DNA of 44,355 nucleotides from a virus. The notes below the pieces were generated by a model. The model made no database searches. It was not told the DNA's origin and saw nothing but the letters and a program-made list of their open reading frames with translations. Position 1 is the stretch's first letter. Every line of letters begins with the position of its first letter. Position numbers and translations under genes: made by a program. Where the stretch lies: IMG/VR virus record IMGVR_UViG_3300010266_000001, positions 1-44,355 of that record; one strand, given 5' to 3'. Below are positions 40,812 through 44,355 of this stretch, piece by piece.

Positions 40812-42043
40812 TGTATGAAGCACAGACCTATGAAGCAATCCTTTCCCGGATGCTTCAGAAGGCGCTTTCCATCAATGGCAATTTGGACACCCGTGAAGGT
40901 TCGTTGGTTTGGTGCGGTGACGCCCCCGCCGCCGTGGAATTGCAGAACCTTTATATTGCCCTTGATACGGTGCTGAATGAAACCTTTGCAGACACCGCAA
41001 CCCGCCCTTATCTCATTTTGAGGGCGGCAGAAAGGGGGCTGAAACCGCAACCGGCAAGCCCCGCCGTGTTGCAGTTGAGCATTACACCAACCACCTTGCA
41101 CCTTCCCATGAACACCCGCTTTTCCATTGGAGAACTGAACTATTATGTTTCGGCTGACCGTGGAAGTGGTAAGTATGAAATCACCTGTGAAACCGCTGGT
41201 GAAGCCGGTAATGACTACACCGGAACGGTGATTCCCATTGAGTATGTGGACGGGCTTGAAACCTGTTCCATTTCCGCCGTGGTGATCCCCGGTGAGGATG
41301 AAGAAGATACCGAGGTTTTCAGACAGCGTTACATGGATAGCCTGAACGCCCAAGCCTTCGGCGGCAACCGTGCGGATTATCTGGAAAAGGTGAACGCCAT
41401 TCCCGGCGTGGGCGGTGTGAAGGTATATCGGGTTTGGAACAGCGATTTGAACTCGGCCAAGCTGATCCCGCCCACGGGAACCGACACTTGGATCAGCGGC
41501 CTTTCCGGTGTGTCCGAGGAAATCAAGGCGTGGTTGAATGCCGTGTATGCGGCGGGAGCCAATAGCAAGCTGACCGTGGGCGGAACCGTGAAGCTGGTGA
41601 TCATCAACAGTTCCTTCAAGAAGCCTTCGGAAGCCCTTGTGGATCAGGTGCAGACCGCAGTTGACCCCCTTCAGAACGCCGGTGAAGGCGTGGGCATTGC
41701 CCCCATCGGCCATGTGGTGAGGGTTGAAGGCGTGGGTGAAGATACCATCAACCTTTCCTTCGATCTGTACTATCAGCGGGAATGGAGTTGGGATGATGTT
41801 TCCGCCTATGTCACGGAAGCAATCAACGGTTACTTCTTGGAACTGGCCCAAAGTTGGGCAGACCAGAATGAAGCCCTTGTGGTTCGTATCAGTCAGGTGG
41901 AAAGCCGCCTGTTGGGGATCACCGGTATTCTGGATATTGCCAACACCAAGATCAACGGTGAAGCGGCGAACTGTACCCTGACCCTTGACCACATCCCGGT
42001 TTTGGGAACCATTGAGCCGGGAACCATCGTGATCAACGGATAA
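40811..42043 (+). CDS. Baseplate J-like protein (XkdT-like)
   Basis: 410 aa. MYEAQTYEAILSRMLQKA...DTREGSLVW...AERGLKPQPAS..., typical of the baseplate J family. Confidence 0.9.
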   Translation: MYEAQTYEAILSRMLQKALSINGNLDTREGSLVWCGDAPAAVELQNLYIALDTVLNETFADTATRPYLILRAAERGLKPQPASPAVLQLSITPTTLHLPMNTRFSIGELNYYVSADRGSGKYEITCETAGEAGNDYTGTVIPIEYVDGLETCSISAVVIPGEDEEDTEVFRQRYMDSLNAQAFGGNRADYLEKVNAIPGVGGVKVYRVWNSDLNSAKLIPPTGTDTWISGLSGVSEEIKAWLNAVYAAGANSKLTVGGTVKLVIINSSFKKPSEALVDQVQTAVDPLQNAGEGVGIAPIGHVVRVEGVGEDTINLSFDLYYQREWSWDDVSAYVTEAINGYFLELAQSWADQNEALVVRISQVESRLLGITGILDIANTKINGEAANCTLTLDHIPVLGTIEPGTIVING

Positions 42044-42056
42044 GGGGGCCGGGAGC

Positions 42057-42608
42057 ATGGAACGCAAACTGATTGATTATCTTCCCTATGTCATTCGTGA
42101 TTATGCGGAGTTTCAGGGGATCATGGGGAGCGAACAGCCGGAAATTGAAAAGGCGTGGAATACCACGGATGATCTTCTTGATAATCAGTTCATTCCCACC
42201 GCTGGAAACATGGGCCTTTCCCGGTGGGAAAAGATTTTGGGGATCACCCCCAAAGGCACGGACAGTCTTGAAGATCGCCGGTTCCGTATTCTGACCCGGA
42301 TCAATGAAGAACTTCCGTACACCTTGCCCCAGCTTCGGAATATCCTTGAAACGCTGTGCGGGAAGGGAAACTATTCCGCTGATGTGGAAGAAGGCACCTA
42401 TCAGCTTCTTGTGAAAATCGGGTTGGCCGCAAAGAACAACTTCAATGATGTTGAATCTTTGCTGAACCGGGTTGTTCCCCAAAACATGGTTGTGACCTTG
42501 CTTCAGCTTTATAACACCCATGCGGAACTTGGGCGGTTCACCCATGCCCAGCTTGCCGCCTATACCCATAATCAGTTGAGAAACGAGGTTTTGAAGAATG
42601 GCGAATAA
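42057..42608 (+). CDS. Tail protein XkdU-like (DUF2313)
   Basis: LIDYLPYVIRDYAEFQGIM...TAGNMGLSRWEKILGITPKGTDSLEDRRFRILTRI. Confidence 0.85.
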   Translation: MERKLIDYLPYVIRDYAEFQGIMGSEQPEIEKAWNTTDDLLDNQFIPTAGNMGLSRWEKILGITPKGTDSLEDRRFRILTRINEELPYTLPQLRNILETLCGKGNYSADVEEGTYQLLVKIGLAAKNNFNDVESLLNRVVPQNMVVTLLQLYNTHAELGRFTHAQLAAYTHNQLRNEVLKNGE

Positions 42609-44355
42609 AACAACCAACTACAAGCTGACTAAACCCCTTGAATCTGAATTTTATGATGTAGGGGTTCAGAATGAAAACATGGATAAGATTGATACCCAAA
42701 TGAAGGCCAATGCGGATGCCGTTGAAGCCCTTCAGAAAGGTCAATCCGGGAAGGCTGATCTGGTGGATGGTAAGGTTCCCGCCGAACAGCTTCCCAACAT
42801 GAACTATGATCCCAAAGGTACGGCCCAAAACAAGGTGAGCGAACACAACCTTGATCAGACCGCCCACCCGTATCTGTTGAACCAGATCGGAACCTGTGTG
42901 GAAGCCGCACAGAACGCACAGGATGCCGCAAATGCGGCCTTGGATGCTGTGTCCGGTATCGTCTATACCATCAATGTTCTTCCTTCGCAGAATGGCACCC
43001 TGACCTATAACGGACAGGCCCAAAGCCCTTCTTGGAACGCTTATAACCCCGATGCGCTGACCTTGGGCGGCGTGACTACCGGCACCAATGCGGGAACCTA
43101 CACGGCCACTTTCACACCCAAGGGGCAGTATAAATGGGCAGACGGTACGCAGACCGCCAAGGAAGTGACTTGGACGATCAACGCCGCCACAATGACGATC
43201 CCCACGCAGAGCAACAGCCTTACTTATACCGGTTCGGCCCAAAGCCCCACTTGGAACAACTATGACAGCGGGAAAATGACGCTTGGAGGAACTACCAGCG
43301 GCACGAACGCCGGTTCCTACAATGCCACCTTCACGCCGAAAACGAACTACAAGTGGGCTGATGGAAGCACCGGGGCCAAGACGGTTGCTTGGAGCATTGC
43401 CAAGGCCGCTGGTAGTTTGTCTTTGAATAAGACTTCCATCAAACTGACCGCCGCAAAAACCACGGACACCATCACCGTGACAAGGGCGGGTGATGGTAAG
43501 ATTACGGCCACTTCCAGCGCCCCCACGGTGGCTTCTGTGAGTGTTTCCGGTTCGGTGGTAACTGTTACCGCCAAGGCCAAAGGAAACGCTACAATCACCG
43601 TCAGAGTGGCCGCTGGCACCAACCACACGGCCCCGGCCAATAAGACCTGTTCCGTTGAAGTGACATTGCCCACCAAGGTTCTGAACGATAACAGTTGGGC
43701 AACCATCCGGGAAGTCAGTTCCGCAGGTTTGGGGGCCAACTATTGGGCCGTTGGTGATGTGAAGTCTATCATTCTGAACGGCGCTGTGGTTGGCTATACC
43801 TTCAGCAACTTGACCGTGAACGCCTTCATTTTGGGCTTCAATCACAATTCCGCCAAGGAAGGTGCGAACAAGATTCATTTCCAGATTGGAAAGATCGGCA
43901 CCACGCCGGTTGCCCTGTGTGACAGTCAGTATAATAATTATGGCAGTTCGGCGGGTTTCAGGATGAACACCAGCAACACCAACAGCGGTGGTTGGAACGG
44001 TTCTTATATGCGGAAAACCGTTTTGGGCAACACCAACACCCCCACAAACCCCTTGGCAAACAGCTTGATGGCGGCGCTTCCGTCTGACCTTCGTGCTGTG
44101 ATGCAACCCGTAACCAAGTACACCGACAACACGGGCAATTCCAGCAACAGTTCCGGTAATGTCACAGCTACCACCGATTACCTGTTCTTGCTGGCTGAAT
44201 TTGAAGTGTTTGGAACCCGTTCTGGTGCAAACCAGTATGAACAAAATTCGCAGGCACAATATGATTACTACAAGGCCGGTAATAGTAGAATAGCCAATAA
44301 TCATTCCGCCGTGTCCACGGCGGTGTGGTGGTGGCTTCGTTCCCCTTGTTGCTAC
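42598..44355 (+). CDS. Tail fibre / receptor-binding protein (runs off the window end and continues at 1..219; total 658 aa when the overlap is counted once)
   Basis: ATG at 42598. N-terminal MANKTTNYKLTKPLESEFYDVGVQNENMDKID (XkdV-like). Two 73-aa MBG-like repeats (43000-43410), a Big_2-like Ig domain, then a C-terminal ...LFLLAEFEVFG...WWWLRSP... domain. Confidence 0.85.
   Translation, partial: MANKTTNYKLTKPLESEFYDVGVQNENMDKIDTQMKANADAVEALQKGQSGKADLVDGKVPAEQLPNMNYDPKGTAQNKVSEHNLDQTAHPYLLNQIGTCVEAAQNAQDAANAALDAVSGIVYTINVLPSQNGTLTYNGQAQSPSWNAYNPDALTLGGVTTGTNAGTYTATFTPKGQYKWADGTQTAKEVTWTINAATMTIPTQSNSLTYTGSAQSPTWNNYDSGKMTLGGTTSGTNAGSYNATFTPKTNYKWADGSTGAKTVAWSIAKAAGSLSLNKTSIKLTAAKTTDTITVTRAGDGKITATSSAPTVASVSVSGSVVTVTAKAKGNATITVRVAAGTNHTAPANKTCSVEVTLPTKVLNDNSWATIREVSSAGLGANYWAVGDVKSIILNGAVVGYTFSNLTVNAFILGFNHNSAKEGANKIHFQIGKIGTTPVALCDSQYNNYGSSAGFRMNTSNTNSGGWNGSYMRKTVLGNTNTPTNPLANSLMAALPSDLRAVMQPVTKYTDNTGNSSNSSGNVTATTDYLFLLAEFEVFGTRSGANQYEQNSQAQYDYYKAGNSRIANNHSAVSTAVWWWLRSPCCY
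44233..44355. repeat. Right copy of the 123-bp terminal repeat
   Basis: Identical to bases 1-123. Confidence 0.95.

Noticed and set aside
43000-43410. Tandem 219-nt repeats in the tail fibre considered as a TR/VR pair
   Set aside because: Differences between the two copies involve all four bases and are spread evenly. They are ordinary diverged domain repeats.

Overview
The window is a complete temperate phage or prophage genome. Bases 1-123 are identical to 44233-44355, so the molecule is circular or circularly permuted, with a unique length of 44232 bp. The tail-fibre gene reads through that junction. Apart from a three-gene lysogeny block on the minus strand (tyrosine integrase, membrane protein, CI/LexA-like repressor), everything is on the plus strand.

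Gene order:
- DGR-type reverse transcriptase, fibre-associated proteins, holin cluster and endolysin (0.4-4.2 kb)
- lysogeny switch (4.4-8.1 kb)
- early and replication module (8.2-22.9 kb): SprT-like protease, SNF2 helicase, 3D-domain protein, VRR-NUC nuclease, Cas4-like nuclease fused to a Sak4-like ATPase, DUF669-like protein, family B DNA polymerase, prim-pol/SF3 helicase, N6-adenine methyltransferase, DUF1599, MazG, ThyX
- iteron-rich control region and late regulator (22.9-23.8 kb)
- packaging and head genes, interrupted by two tRNA genes (23.8-33.7 kb): TerS, TerL, portal, MuF-family protein, scaffold, major capsid
- PBSX/Xkd-like contractile tail (33.7-44.4 kb): sheath, tube, frameshifted chaperone, tape measure, LysM protein, baseplate, tail fibre

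The most interesting feature is a diversity-generating-retroelement (DGR) signature. A DGR-class RT lies directly downstream of a tail-fibre C-terminus. That C-terminus carries a run of NNY codons and is followed by a GC hairpin with a GAAA loop. I could not find a template repeat or an avd gene anywhere in the window by eye.

Other notable items:
- two paralogous GGAACAGAT iteron modules with identical 69-bp AT-rich cores
- a 16-bp palindromic operator reused at several early loci
- a MuF-family protein with a C-terminal HExxH domain plus a small downstream ORF
- a nuclease-ATPase gene fusion
- a candidate small RNA opposite the integrase leader

All family assignments come from motif reading, not from database searches.
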